64,000 bases of DNA from Acidobacteriota bacterium (lineage in GTDB: Bacteria; Acidobacteriota; UBA890; WLXD01). Positions 29,623-39,962 of this stretch are shown here, in pieces; the stretch's first letter is position 1, and every line of letters starts with the position of its first letter. The translations under genes and the position numbers were made by a program. Where the stretch lies: the NCBI GenBank assembly GCA_963666215.2, contig CAXWPL010000004.1, positions 832,001 to 896,000 of the forward strand, read 5' to 3'. Under the pieces are notes generated by a model that saw only the letters and a program-made list of their open reading frames with translations, ran no database searches and was not told the DNA's origin.

Positions 29623-31767
29623 ATGCTTCCAATTTCTGGTTCTTGGCCGGGCACCCGGCGAACAGCGATGTTCTTGGCGATCGTACTGTCGCTGATGCCG
29701 CTGGCAGTCACGCTAGCGGGTGTTCAGCCGCAGCAGGGGCCGCCGGCCACGTCCGTGCAGCCACAGTTGCCTCCGGAGGCCGCGCCGGTTTCCGTTCAGG
29801 CTGGCCCGGCGCCCGCCCAGAGCGGCGCGGAGGCTGCCGCGCCGTCAGAGGAAGAGCCAGCTGCTCTGCGTCCGGGACGAGGTCCGACCGATGCCACCGA
29901 CGTCGAGACGTTCATCGACGGCGTGATGTCGGCCCACCTCGAGGCCTACGACATCGCTGGCGCTACCGTGGCTGTCGTCCGCGACGGAGAGGTGCTGCTC
30001 GCCAAGGGTTACGGCTTCGCTGACGTCGAGGAGCGCAGAAAAGTCGACGACGACGTTTCGCTTTTTCGCATCGGCTCGATTTCGAAGCTCTTCGTCTGGA
30101 TAGCCGTGATGCAGCTCGTTGAACAGAATCGCCTCGATCTCAATACCGACATCAATGAATACGTCGACGCATTCGATATCGCCGAAGCCTTCCACGGGCC
30201 GGTCACGATGGCCGACTTGATGACTCACGGCGCCGGGTTCGAGGATCAGGTCATCGGCCTCTTCAGTCGTGACGAGGCCAGCCTGCGCGAGCTGCCCGCG
30301 ATCATTGCCGACGAGATGCCGCGGCGTGTACGTCCTGCCGGCGAGGCCGCTTCGTACTCCAATCACGGAACCGGCATGGCAGCGCATGTGGTGGAGGCGA
30401 TCTCGGGCCTGGACTTCATCGACTACGTTGAGCGCAACATCACGGGTCCGCTCGGCATGAGCCACACTACGCTCCGGCAACCGGTGCCAGCCCACCTGAT
30501 CGCCTACATGTCGAAGGGCTACACCTTCAGCGACCGCAAGTTCGACGAGAAGCCGTTCGAATTCGTGCCGCTGGCGCCGGTTGGGGCGGTGTCGGCCAGC
30601 GCCGCCGACATGGCCCGGCTGATGATCATGTTCCTGCGGGAGGGTGCCTACGGCCCAGATGGTGCGGCGGGCCTGGATGGCACCGATAGCGTGGCCGCCG
30701 CAAACGACATCGCAGGGCAAGGCCGAATCCTTCGAGCAAGCTCGATGCGTCGCGCGCTCAGCCCGCTGCATCGCCACGCGCCCGAAGTCAATCCGATGGG
30801 CCACGGCTTCATCGACTCGAGTAGCAATGGCGAGTGGGTGATTGGACACGGCGGCCGAACGCTGTGGTTCCACTCCGACCTGGCGCTGCTTCCGGACCAC
30901 GAGGTCGGCGTGTTCGTTTCGTACAACAGCGCGCGCGGTCGCACGGCCAAGGGCGCGTTCATGCGGCAGTTCATGGACCACTACTTTCCGTTCGACGATC
31001 CCGAGGAGATTGCGCCGCCTGCCGACCTCGAGGCATGGGCTTCGCGAGCGAGTCGCTACGAAGGCAGCTACCGCGCCAACCGATACTCGCACTCGACGAT
31101 CGCCAAGATCGGCGCGCTCGGTGCCGTGGAGGTATCGGCGACCGACGACGGCGCACTGATGACCAGCTCCACCGGCCGCATTCGCTGGCTCGAGGTGTCG
31201 CCGCTGGTGTTCCGCGAAGAAATGGGTCACGACCGCCTGGTGTTCCGCGAGGACGCCGACGGCAACATCACGCATCTGTTCCTATCGGGCCTGCCGATCA
31301 TCGCTTTCGACCGACTGTCGGCCTACGAGACGCCGCGCACGCACGCCGTCCTGGCGGTCAGCTCCGCGTTGCTGCTGATACTGACCGTGGTGCTGTGGCC
31401 AATCGCCGCCCTCGTGCGCAGCAAGCACGGATACGAGGTTCGCCGGGAGCATCGACTTCCCACCGGCGCTCGATTGAGCGCCTGGACGGGTGCCGCGCTC
31501 ATGGTGGTCTTCGCGGCAGGCTTGGCGTTCGCGCTTGCCGATCCCAATGAGATCGTATTCGGCGTCGCTCGTGGACTGATCCTGGCGCTGTGGATGCCGC
31601 TGCTGGCGATTCCCTTCGCCGCGGCAACGGTCGTGTGGACGGTGATTCTGTGGCGCGAGGCGCGCGCCGGTTTCTGGACGCGCGTCATCTACACGCTGCT
31701 CGCGCTCGCCTTCATCGTGACGTACTGGCTGTTGCACTACTGGAACTTGCTGGGGTTTCGCTACTAG
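29623..31767 (+). CDS. Serine hydrolase (beta-lactamase/PBP class C-like fold) with C-terminal TM helices
   Basis: GSISK (SxxK), YSN, GHGG; signal peptide; 4 C-terminal TM segments. Confidence 0.85.
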   Translation: MLPISGSWPGTRRTAMFLAIVLSLMPLAVTLAGVQPQQGPPATSVQPQLPPEAAPVSVQAGPAPAQSGAEAAAPSEEEPAALRPGRGPTDATDVETFIDGVMSAHLEAYDIAGATVAVVRDGEVLLAKGYGFADVEERRKVDDDVSLFRIGSISKLFVWIAVMQLVEQNRLDLNTDINEYVDAFDIAEAFHGPVTMADLMTHGAGFEDQVIGLFSRDEASLRELPAIIADEMPRRVRPAGEAASYSNHGTGMAAHVVEAISGLDFIDYVERNITGPLGMSHTTLRQPVPAHLIAYMSKGYTFSDRKFDEKPFEFVPLAPVGAVSASAADMARLMIMFLREGAYGPDGAAGLDGTDSVAAANDIAGQGRILRASSMRRALSPLHRHAPEVNPMGHGFIDSSSNGEWVIGHGGRTLWFHSDLALLPDHEVGVFVSYNSARGRTAKGAFMRQFMDHYFPFDDPEEIAPPADLEAWASRASRYEGSYRANRYSHSTIAKIGALGAVEVSATDDGALMTSSTGRIRWLEVSPLVFREEMGHDRLVFREDADGNITHLFLSGLPIIAFDRLSAYETPRTHAVLAVSSALLLILTVVLWPIAALVRSKHGYEVRREHRLPTGARLSAWTGAALMVVFAAGLAFALADPNEIVFGVARGLILALWMPLLAIPFAAATVVWTVILWREARAGFWTRVIYTLLALAFIVTYWLLHYWNLLGFRY

Positions 31768-31925
31768 CGACCAGCAGCGATGGTGTCGGCGACCACCTCG
31801 CCGCCCTTCATCACGAGGGCAACGTTTTCGAGCACGCGTATGTCGTCGATTGGATCGCTCTCCACGGCGATCAGGTCGGCAATGTCGGCATAGCGACCGG
31901 GCGCGATCGCGCCGCGCAGCGTGCG
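31764..31925 (-). pseudogene. C-terminal remnant of an amidohydrolase (Xaa-Pro dipeptidase-like)
   Basis: GAIAPGRYADIADLIAVESDPIDDIRVLENVALVMKGG, with no upstream catalytic barrel. Confidence 0.75.
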
Positions 31926-32064
31926 AACTAGCGACGGCTTCGAGCTTGAAGCCGCCATCCTTGATATTCGAGCTGGGCTGCTAGAGTAGCCGCGCGGTCG
32001 CCTTCGGCGGTGCGGAGGCCGCGACTCCGCTTGACCGCACCGACTCCTGGATGCTGTGTCGTCG

Positions 32065-33463
32065 ATGCTCTTCGTCGAATTCCGCTTCTTGTTGTTCTTC
32101 GGCGTGCTTTGGACGATTCACTGGAGCTTGCGGACAAACGCGGCACGCAAGTGTCTCCTGCTGGCGGCCAGTTACGTCTTTATACGGCGCGTGGGACTAT
32201 CGCTTCCTGACGCTGATATGGCTGTCCACGATAGTGGACTACTGGGTGGGCATACGGCTGGCCGACGAATTGAAGCCCCGCCGTCGCAAGACGCTGCTGC
32301 TGTGCAGCTTGACCGCAAACCTCGGCCTGCTCTTCTGCTTCAAATACTTCGACTTCTTCCGCCAGTCTCTTGTCGATCTGCTGGCGGTGTTTGGTGCGCA
32401 GGCGAACCTGGTTGCGCTGGATGTCGTGCTGCCGGTTGGCATCAGCTTTTATACCTTCCAGACCCTCAGCTATACGATCGACGTATACCGAGGCGAGCTC
32501 GAGCCTCGGTGCAACGTCGTGGACTTCGCGCTCTTCGTCGCCTTCTTCCCGCAGCTGGTGGCGGGGCCAATCGTGCGCGCGCGCGACTTTCTACCGCAGC
32601 TCGACGGCGCCCGTCGTTTGGCCGACATCGCCGCCAAGCCATTGCTGTTGTTGTTTCTCCTCGGGTTTATCAAGAAGGCCTGCATCTCCGACACCATCGC
32701 CCCCTTCGTCGACCAGGCGTTTGCCAATCCGTCCGACCACACCGCGCTCGGTATCTGGCTGGGAGTGATCCTGTACTCACTGCAGATCTATTGCGATTTC
32801 TCCGGCTACTCCGACATGGCGATCGCCATCGCTGGCTTGCTGGGCTACCAGCTGGCGATCAACTTCAACGCCCCCTACCTGGCGACCAGTCTTGTGGATT
32901 TCTGGCGACGCTGGCACATCAGCCTGTCGACATGGCTGCGCGACTATCTCTACATTCCGCTCGGCGGCAACAGACATGGACGTTCCACCCAGTACCGCAA
33001 CGTGATCATCACGATGGCGCTAGGTGGACTCTGGCACGGTGCCTCATGGAACTTCGTGATCTGGGGCCTCCTCCACGGCGTGGCGTTGATCACGGTGCAG
33101 GAGGCGCGACGTCGATCACCGCGGGGGGCGCGGTTGCCTGTTTGGCTCGGCGCATCGCTTACGCTCTACTGGGTGGGTCTGACCTGGATCTTCTTCCGTG
33201 CCGCGACGTTGGCCCAGGCTGTCGAGATGACGAGGGCGTACGTGTTTTTCGACTCCCCCGGCACCCAAGGCCTTCCCGGGGGTTTGCTGCTCTTGGTTGG
33301 CGTCGCGGCGGCGGGGCACATCGCGCTTCGGCGCTGGCCGCATGACCGCATCGCGGAGGCTCTTCCTGGCCCCGTGTTTGCCGCCGTCCTGGGCGCGGTC
33401 TCCGCAATCGCGTTGGGACTCATGCAGGCCGACTACCGACCGTTCATCTACTTCCAGTTCTGA
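32065..33463 (+). pseudogene. MBOAT O-acyltransferase (AlgI/PatA-like) with +1 frameshift near 32182
   Basis: MLFVEFRF...AASYVF lies in one frame; YGAWDYRF...LPVGISFYTFQ, QIYCDFSGYSD, FWRRWHISLS, GLWHGA, PFIYFQF lie in another. There is an extra A in TTT-A-TAC. Confidence 0.85.
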
Positions 33464-33471
33464 GCTCGCGC

Positions 33472-34539
33472 ATGCAACCACGCCGGCTAGCGACGAATTG
33501 TTTCGTCTTCACGATCGCGTTCTTGGCGGTTGTGATACTCGAGGATGCGGTGGCGCCGCCGCCACCGAAGTTTGTTGACGACCCCGCAGTCGCTGGCAAG
33601 CTCGACTATCTGGAGCGCGCTCCCCATGGCTCGATCGACGTGCTGTTTATTGGGCAAAGCACCGTGGATCGTGGCATCGACGTTGTAGAAATCGATCGAC
33701 ACCTCGACTCGTGCGGCCGCAGGTTGACCTCGTTCAATCTGGGAGTCCACGGGCTAGCGCAGCCCGAGGCGCTGGCGATCGTGCGCCGCCTCTCCGACGA
33801 CCGGCGACGATTTCAAGCGGTGATTATCGAGCCTGTGCCGCCGACGTTCGTTCGAGTCGTAACCTTCAGGTCGAGTCGTATCGCCGCCTATTCTCGACTC
33901 ACGGGCCTCCCGACGATGCTCTACGAGATCTTGAGTTGGGGCAGCGACGACACTGAGCTGCGAACACTTCTCGCGACGGGCGCGGCCTTCTACCATTCGA
34001 GCGTCGGATCGCTGGGGCACCTGTTTCGCGCCGCGGGCGCGCCGGGCGCCGGCGCCGCCGCCCTCGACGCGGTGCCGGACGAAAGCATGCGAGCCGAGCA
34101 CGGGTTCCACCCCTTCGACGCAGCCGATCTCGAACGTCGACGCTCGGGCTTTCTGCGTGATTCCGAGCGTTTCGAGCGCAGGCTCGAAGTCGCACGTGTC
34201 TGGCGCCCGAAGGTGTCTCTACCTGCCGCGGGTGTGCTGCCGGGTCGTGCCCGACAGACGATGGCGTTGCTCGAGGCGGCACGCGACGTGAGTGCGAACG
34301 TCGGAGTGCTGATGCTGCCGCAACCCCTTCTATCGCGCCTGGTATCCGACCATCAGGTCGAGGCTGCGATCGAAGCGGCCGGCGGCGCTTTCGTCATGAA
34401 CCTCAACGATCCGCTGCTTGACAGGGGCATGTACCAGATCGACGCATGGCAGGACCCCTTTCATCTGACTCCAACCGGAGCACAACGGCTGGCGCCGCTC
34501 ATCGCGCGACGTTTGTGCTCCGAGCTACCGGCACCGTAA
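33472..34539 (+). CDS. SGNH-like acetyltransferase partner of the MBOAT (AlgJ/DltD-like)
   Basis: N-terminal TM, FIGQST, FNLGVHG, DPFHL; directly follows the MBOAT. Confidence 0.6.
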   Translation: MQPRRLATNCFVFTIAFLAVVILEDAVAPPPPKFVDDPAVAGKLDYLERAPHGSIDVLFIGQSTVDRGIDVVEIDRHLDSCGRRLTSFNLGVHGLAQPEALAIVRRLSDDRRRFQAVIIEPVPPTFVRVVTFRSSRIAAYSRLTGLPTMLYEILSWGSDDTELRTLLATGAAFYHSSVGSLGHLFRAAGAPGAGAAALDAVPDESMRAEHGFHPFDAADLERRRSGFLRDSERFERRLEVARVWRPKVSLPAAGVLPGRARQTMALLEAARDVSANVGVLMLPQPLLSRLVSDHQVEAAIEAAGGAFVMNLNDPLLDRGMYQIDAWQDPFHLTPTGAQRLAPLIARRLCSELPAP

Positions 34540-34660
34540 CGTGACCGCTCACCAGTTGGCGTACTCGAGATAAGCGCAGCCGGCAGGACGACCAGTCGGT
34601 TCCAGTCGCGGCGCTCGGTGGAAGCCGATCAGAACCTGGTCGCTTCCTCGATGTCGACGG

Positions 34661-35644
34661 CTACGCCAACCCGAGGAGGCTCGTGGCGTTGTTGCCCAGG
34701 ACGGCCGCTTCGTCCTCGGCCGACAGCCCGAGCCCACGGATGCTCGAGAGCATCTTGTCGATGCTGCCGATCATGTGCGGGTAGTCGCTGCCCGCCACAA
34801 CTTGGCCAGGCCCGGCGAAGTCGATCGCCATGTGTAGCGCCGCCGGGTCGAAGTTCACCGTGTCGTAGTAGAAGTCGCGCAGGTAGGTGCTGGGGAGCCG
34901 GTCGATCTGAGCTCTACAGACGTCGAAGGCTTCGTAGCCACGGTCGAGTCGCTCGGCCAAGTAGGGAATCGTGCCGCCGAGATGGCCGAGCACCCAGCGG
35001 ATGTTCGGATGGCGCTCGGGGACACCCGCGAACACCAGATGTGCCGCGGCGAGCGTCGTGTCGATGGTGAAGCCAACGAGCGGCATCAACATGAAGTCCT
35101 TCATCGCCTCGACACCGAGTGGGTACGTCGGGTGGATGTAGAGCACGGCTGACAGCGCGTTGGCGCGCTCGTAGAGCGGCTCGAACCGCATGTCCGCAAG
35201 TGGAACGCCCGAAGCGTTCGAGAAGAGCATGGCACCGGGCAGCTGCAGCTCCTTCATGGCTCGCTCGAGCTCATCGGCAGCGGCCTCGGGTGTACTCATT
35301 GGCAGCGTCGCGAGTGCGGTGTACTGCTCGGGATTATCGCGGACGGCGGCGCCCAGGCTGCTGTTGACAAGCCCCGCCAGCTCGATGGCCCTTTGTGGTT
35401 CCTCGATGCTGGTACCCGGTGCCGTGAAGCTCAGCACCTGGCGATCGACTCCGGCCTCTCTGACGACGCCGGAGCGGTACTCGAGGTCGCGATGCCCGCG
35501 AACAGCGACGTTGTAGTCGCCCGGCGAATGCAGCACCGGGTTGCCGTCGTCGTCGTCGGTCACGCGAAACGCGCTCGGGCCGCGACGGATCTCCTCGATG
35601 AACTCAGGCGGAAAGTAGTGGTTATGGAAGTCGACGATTTTCAT
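34661..35644 (-). CDS. Amidohydrolase_2 (ACMSD-like decarboxylase/hydratase)
   Basis: VDFHNH, YIHP, GHLGGTIPYLAER, YYDT, GSDYPH. Confidence 0.88.
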   Translation of the reverse strand: MKIVDFHNHYFPPEFIEEIRRGPSAFRVTDDDDGNPVLHSPGDYNVAVRGHRDLEYRSGVVREAGVDRQVLSFTAPGTSIEEPQRAIELAGLVNSSLGAAVRDNPEQYTALATLPMSTPEAAADELERAMKELQLPGAMLFSNASGVPLADMRFEPLYERANALSAVLYIHPTYPLGVEAMKDFMLMPLVGFTIDTTLAAAHLVFAGVPERHPNIRWVLGHLGGTIPYLAERLDRGYEAFDVCRAQIDRLPSTYLRDFYYDTVNFDPAALHMAIDFAGPGQVVAGSDYPHMIGSIDKMLSSIRGLGLSAEDEAAVLGNNATSLLGLA

Positions 35645-35689
35645 ACGGTGTGATCTCGTAGGGTCGGTGGAGGGCGGGTTGGAGTCGAC

Positions 35690-37132
35690 TCACTCTCTCG
35701 CGGCTTGTCGTCCCACGGTGAGAGTGTAGACGGGCAGCCCGAGCAGCACGAAGCCGAGCCCGATGGCGCTCTCGCGCGGACTGATGAGCAGTTGATTCAG
35801 GACGATCGCGAACGCCGAAAGCGCGAAGAGCAACGGGATCACGCTGCCGCCAGCGATGCGGAATGGCGCAGCCTCGCTCGAGCGCCGTCGAAGCACCAGC
35901 AAGCCAATCGCCATCAGTCCGAAGAAGATCCATTCCGTGTAGATGACGCGTGTAAAGAGCGCTCGATAGGACCCGGTTGCCGCCAGAGCCGAGGCCCAGA
36001 TCGCCTGCGCCACGATGGCTCGATGCGGTGTTCGGAAGCGCGGATGCACGGCGGCGATCCATGCCGGCAACTGCCGATCGCGCGCCATGGCGAAGTACAC
36101 GCGAGGCCCGGCGAGGATGATGCCGGCGAGCGCTCCGAAGGCCGAGAACATCACCAACGCCGACATGAACGCGCCGCCTCCGAAGCCCAAGACCGCATCC
36201 GCGGCGTCGGCCGCCACCCTGTTGGAAACAATGATCGTCTCCACGGGCAGCACCCGGAAATAGGCGGTGTTGAGCGCCAGATAACAGGCGGTCACGATCG
36301 CGACTCCGAGCACGAGTGCGCGCGGGATGGTGGTTCGAGGATCGGCCGTTTCCTCGGCGTTGTAGGTCACCATGTGCCAGCCGCCGAACGCGAACAGGCC
36401 GGCGACCAAGGCGCTGAGGAAATGAGCGAGAGATATCTGGGCGGTCGAGGGATCGTTGGCGACTGCAGATGATGTCTCTTGTCCGCCGCCGCCGGCTGGA
36501 CCTGCTGGCGCTGAGGCGCCGGAGTTGGCCGCGGGCGATTCGGCGGCCGCGGTGCTCTCCGTCGTGCTTCCAAGGGCGAGCCCCACGATGACAATCACGA
36601 CGATCGCCAGCACCTTGGCGGCCGTGAACCAAGTCTGCAGATTGCTACCTTGGCGGACGCCGACGTAGTTCACGCACGACAACGCCAGAACGGCACCGAC
36701 GGCGACGATCCTCGAGTCGGTGTCGTCGAGAGCCACGAAGTACGCGGTGTAGCGCGCGAACACGGTCGCGATCGCGGCGATGATGCCCGAGTGCATCGTC
36801 CAGAACATCGCCCAGCCCCAAAGGAAACCCAGAGCGGGGTGGAACGCCTCGCGCAGGTAGACGTACACGCCCCCAGCCTCGGGGCGCATCGATGCCAGCT
36901 CGGCGCACACCAGCGCGCCGCAGGCGGTCAGAACGCCGGCCGCGATCCAAACAAGCAGGGTGCCGGCCAGTGACGGGACGTGTGAGGTGATCTCGGAAGG
37001 CTGCACAAAGATCGACGTTCCGATGATGGTGCCCACCACCATGGCGGTGGCGTGGGGCAGACGCAGCACCCGAGCGAGTGCCGGCGTTGTTCCGTCGCCT
37101 CCATCGCCTCCGCCAGCTTCGCCAGTCGTCAC
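35690..37132 (-). CDS. APC-family amino acid permease (SteT/LAT-like)
   Basis: VGTIIGTSIF, GGVYVYL, FAFGGW, PRVYFAMARD; about 12 TM. Confidence 0.9.
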   Translation of the reverse strand: MTTGEAGGGDGGDGTTPALARVLRLPHATAMVVGTIIGTSIFVQPSEITSHVPSLAGTLLVWIAAGVLTACGALVCAELASMRPEAGGVYVYLREAFHPALGFLWGWAMFWTMHSGIIAAIATVFARYTAYFVALDDTDSRIVAVGAVLALSCVNYVGVRQGSNLQTWFTAAKVLAIVVIVIVGLALGSTTESTAAAESPAANSGASAPAGPAGGGGQETSSAVANDPSTAQISLAHFLSALVAGLFAFGGWHMVTYNAEETADPRTTIPRALVLGVAIVTACYLALNTAYFRVLPVETIIVSNRVAADAADAVLGFGGGAFMSALVMFSAFGALAGIILAGPRVYFAMARDRQLPAWIAAVHPRFRTPHRAIVAQAIWASALAATGSYRALFTRVIYTEWIFFGLMAIGLLVLRRRSSEAAPFRIAGGSVIPLLFALSAFAIVLNQLLISPRESAIGLGFVLLGLPVYTLTVGRQAARE

Positions 37133-37200
37133 GTCACCTCGCCACGCCCATCATGGTCGGCTGGCCGGCCACGTCGCTACTCAGGATTCTTTGGACGGCG

Positions 37201-39309
37201 CTACTGCTCGGCGGCCTTCGCCTCGTCTTTGTCCTCGCCCATGTCCTCATCGGTTGGACGTTCCCAGGGCGTCCACTCCTCGCCGAGGACGTACTTCTGC
37301 ATCCAGCGGATCTCTTCGATGTCGCGGGTGCGCTGGTGGCGTGGCTCGCGGAAGCCGTGCGGCTCGCGCGGAAACTTCATGTAACGCACCGGCACGGCAC
37401 CGATGTCCTTGAGCGCCGTAAAGAACATCATGCTCTGCTGTTCGGTGTCGGTGCGGTCCTCGATGCCGTGAATCAGCAAAGTCGCCGAAGTGACGTTCTT
37501 CGCATGGGTGAGCGCCGATTGGTTGCGGTAGCCATCGGGGTTGTCCCACGGGGTGCCGCCGATGTGCCAAAGCCTCACGTCGTTGTTGAAGCCGGGGCCG
37601 TACTCGGATGTCCAGTCGTAGACGCCGGCACCGATCGAGGCTGCCTTGAAGCGATCGGTATGGGTAATCGTCCAGCCGCCCAGGATGCCGCCGTAGCTCC
37701 AGCCACGGACTCCCATACGCTCGGGATCGACGATGCCGCGCTCGATGAGCGAATCGACGCCGGTCATCAGGTCCTGGAAATCGCCGAAACCAATGCCGTC
37801 ACCGCGCGCCACCGTGTTGCCCTCGCGCAGGTGGTCGGTGTAGCCGGAGCTGCCGCGCACGTTTGCCGACATCGCCACATAGCCGAGGCCGGCCCACCAG
37901 TGATAACTGGAGCGCCAGCCGTTGGGGAAGTTGCCGGCCGGGCCGCCATGGATGTTGAGCATCAGCGGATACGACTTGCCTTCTTCGTAGCCAACCGGAA
38001 GGTGCAGGAGTCCTTCGATCTCCATGCCATCGTGGCTCTTCCAGCGGAAGACCTGCATGCCGCCGAGCTGCAGCTCGGCAATCTGCGGATTCGTGTCGGT
38101 CAGCCGCACGGGCTCGAAGTTGTCGACCTCAGCCGTGTACAAATCGGGCGGCGTGTCGAAGTCCTGAAACGAGTAGACGAAGCGCGTGCGGTCGGCCGAG
38201 AACGACATCGCGCGCAGAATGCCCTCGAGGTCGGTGAGCTGCTCGAGGTCACCGTTGTCGACGTTCAACCGGAACAGGTTGCTGTTGGTGCCCTGCTGAC
38301 CAGTGAACAGGATGCTCTGGCCGTCGGGTGTCCACACCGGGTTGCTGAGGTTGCCCTCGAACTTGCCCGACAGCATCCGGTGCTCGGCGAGGGCGGCGTC
38401 CATCAGCCAGAGCTTGGTGTTGCGGTTGAGCCACTCCTTGTCGTCGGCCGCGCTGTAGAGGAAGCCGCTGCTGTCCGGCGCCCACTGAACCCCATTCTCT
38501 GGAGCGTGATTGTCGCTGAGCCGCGTCTTCTCCTTCGACTCCAGGTTTAGCAGGAAGACCTCAGTTTTGTCAGCGTCATTGCGACGGTTGGAATAGCGCG
38601 CGGTCATGGCCATCCACTTGTCGTCGGGCGAGGGATCGAAGCTGGAGATCAGAAACTCCTCTTCGGTGAGCTGGGCTTCTTCCTTGGACCCGATGTCGAA
38701 CGACCAGACGTTGCTCCAGTTGCTGGCGGTCTGGCCGTTTGGACCTTCGTCCACAAAGATCGCGTCGGAGCCCTTCTCGATCGCCTTCTGGTCGTCTTCG
38801 TCGCGCTCGTCAGCGGCCGCGAAGTAGATCGTGCTCGAGTCGTGCGACCACTTGTACTGCCCAACGCTCGTGGCGTGCTCGGTGAGCTGCACGGCCTCAC
38901 CTCCCGCCGTGCGCATCCAGAAGATCTGCTGTTTCGAGCGCTCGCGCTCCGCGTCGCCGCCGCCACTCTCGCCTCCGACACTTCTCCGGAAAATCAGGTA
39001 GCGACCGTCCGGTGAGAACTGGAAGTTGCTGCCACCTTCCTCGCCGACGTACTGGAATGCCGCGTCGCCGGCGCTCGGGCTGGAGGATGTCATGTACACC
39101 TTGGTGTCGCGCTTGTTGTCGTCCCAGTTCAGCTCGCTCTGGGTGTAGAGCACCCAGTCGCCGCTCGGCGACATGGTCGCCCCGCCGACGTTGACCATGT
39201 CGAGCGCGTCGTCGACGGTCATCGGACGACGCCCTTCGGAACCGGGTTCCTGGGCGAATGAGGAGCCGGCAACAAGCAACACCACGGCAGCGAGAACGAG
39301 TCGACGCAT
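37201..39309 (-). CDS. Secreted S9 family prolyl/acylaminoacyl peptidase
   Basis: Propeller + IHGGP, GWSYGG, IHGIEDR, EPHG. Confidence 0.92.
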   Translation of the reverse strand: MRRLVLAAVVLLVAGSSFAQEPGSEGRRPMTVDDALDMVNVGGATMSPSGDWVLYTQSELNWDDNKRDTKVYMTSSSPSAGDAAFQYVGEEGGSNFQFSPDGRYLIFRRSVGGESGGGDAERERSKQQIFWMRTAGGEAVQLTEHATSVGQYKWSHDSSTIYFAAADERDEDDQKAIEKGSDAIFVDEGPNGQTASNWSNVWSFDIGSKEEAQLTEEEFLISSFDPSPDDKWMAMTARYSNRRNDADKTEVFLLNLESKEKTRLSDNHAPENGVQWAPDSSGFLYSAADDKEWLNRNTKLWLMDAALAEHRMLSGKFEGNLSNPVWTPDGQSILFTGQQGTNSNLFRLNVDNGDLEQLTDLEGILRAMSFSADRTRFVYSFQDFDTPPDLYTAEVDNFEPVRLTDTNPQIAELQLGGMQVFRWKSHDGMEIEGLLHLPVGYEEGKSYPLMLNIHGGPAGNFPNGWRSSYHWWAGLGYVAMSANVRGSSGYTDHLREGNTVARGDGIGFGDFQDLMTGVDSLIERGIVDPERMGVRGWSYGGILGGWTITHTDRFKAASIGAGVYDWTSEYGPGFNNDVRLWHIGGTPWDNPDGYRNQSALTHAKNVTSATLLIHGIEDRTDTEQQSMMFFTALKDIGAVPVRYMKFPREPHGFREPRHQRTRDIEEIRWMQKYVLGEEWTPWERPTDEDMGEDKDEAKAAEQ

Positions 39310-39531
39310 GAAGATCCCCAGACAGTTGCTCTGTGGCAGAAAGAATAGCTGGCCGCAACGTTAGTCAAACGGGCGACTGCTGCCAACCACGCGGGCTGTC
39401 GAATCTGTGGCCGAGAGGCCTCGGATTCAACTCAGCTTGGGCGTGGCAGGCCGGGCAACGGGCTACCGGGGGGGTGTCAGGTCCAGCTCAGGGCGCAGCG
39501 TGTTGCGTGAAGGAGCGGCGATCGTCCATAC

Positions 39532-39566
39532 TTCAGGTAACCTGAATATCAGGTAACCTGAATATA
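39532..39566. promoter_or_regulatory. Tandem duplicated palindromic operator of PadR-ADOP module 2
   Basis: TCAGGTAACCTGAATA occurs twice exactly (39533-39548, 39549-39564); core TTCAGGT-A-ACCTGAA is palindromic. Confidence 0.75.
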
Positions 39567-39599
39567 GGTCGGCCTGGTGATCGACAAGAGAGCGAATTC

Positions 39600-39962
39600 A
39601 TGCACGATGCCAAGACCGTCGACGACGCGCTGCCACTGACGGCTCGCGTCTTCCTGATCCTGTGGGCGCTTGCCGACAAGCCGCAGCACGCCTACGGGCT
39701 GCTTGCAGAGGTCGAGCGCCGCGGCAGCGGACGGGTCACGATCAAGCCCGGATCGCTGTACGAAGCGATCTACACGCTCGAGGAACGGGGCCTCGTCGCG
39801 ACCTCCGAAGAGCATGCACCGCCCACCGACCGCCGCCGCGGGCGTACGTTCGCTCTAACGGAGCTGGGTCGAGCGGTGCTCACAGCCGAGGCTGAACGCC
39901 TGGGTCAGCTCGTCGAGGAGCTCCGCACAACCGACCTGTTGAGCTCGCAGGAGCAAGGCTGA
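39600..39962 (+). CDS. PadR-family transcriptional regulator (module 2)
   Basis: QHAYGLLAEV, PGSLYEAIYTL, TFALTELG. Confidence 0.9.
   Translation: MHDAKTVDDALPLTARVFLILWALADKPQHAYGLLAEVERRGSGRVTIKPGSLYEAIYTLEERGLVATSEEHAPPTDRRRGRTFALTELGRAVLTAEAERLGQLVEELRTTDLLSSQEQG

Noticed and set aside
29623-31767. Beta-lactam resistance gene
   Set aside because: SxxK/YxN/HGG with C-terminal TMs is typical of broad serine hydrolases/peptidases. Nothing indicates beta-lactamase activity.
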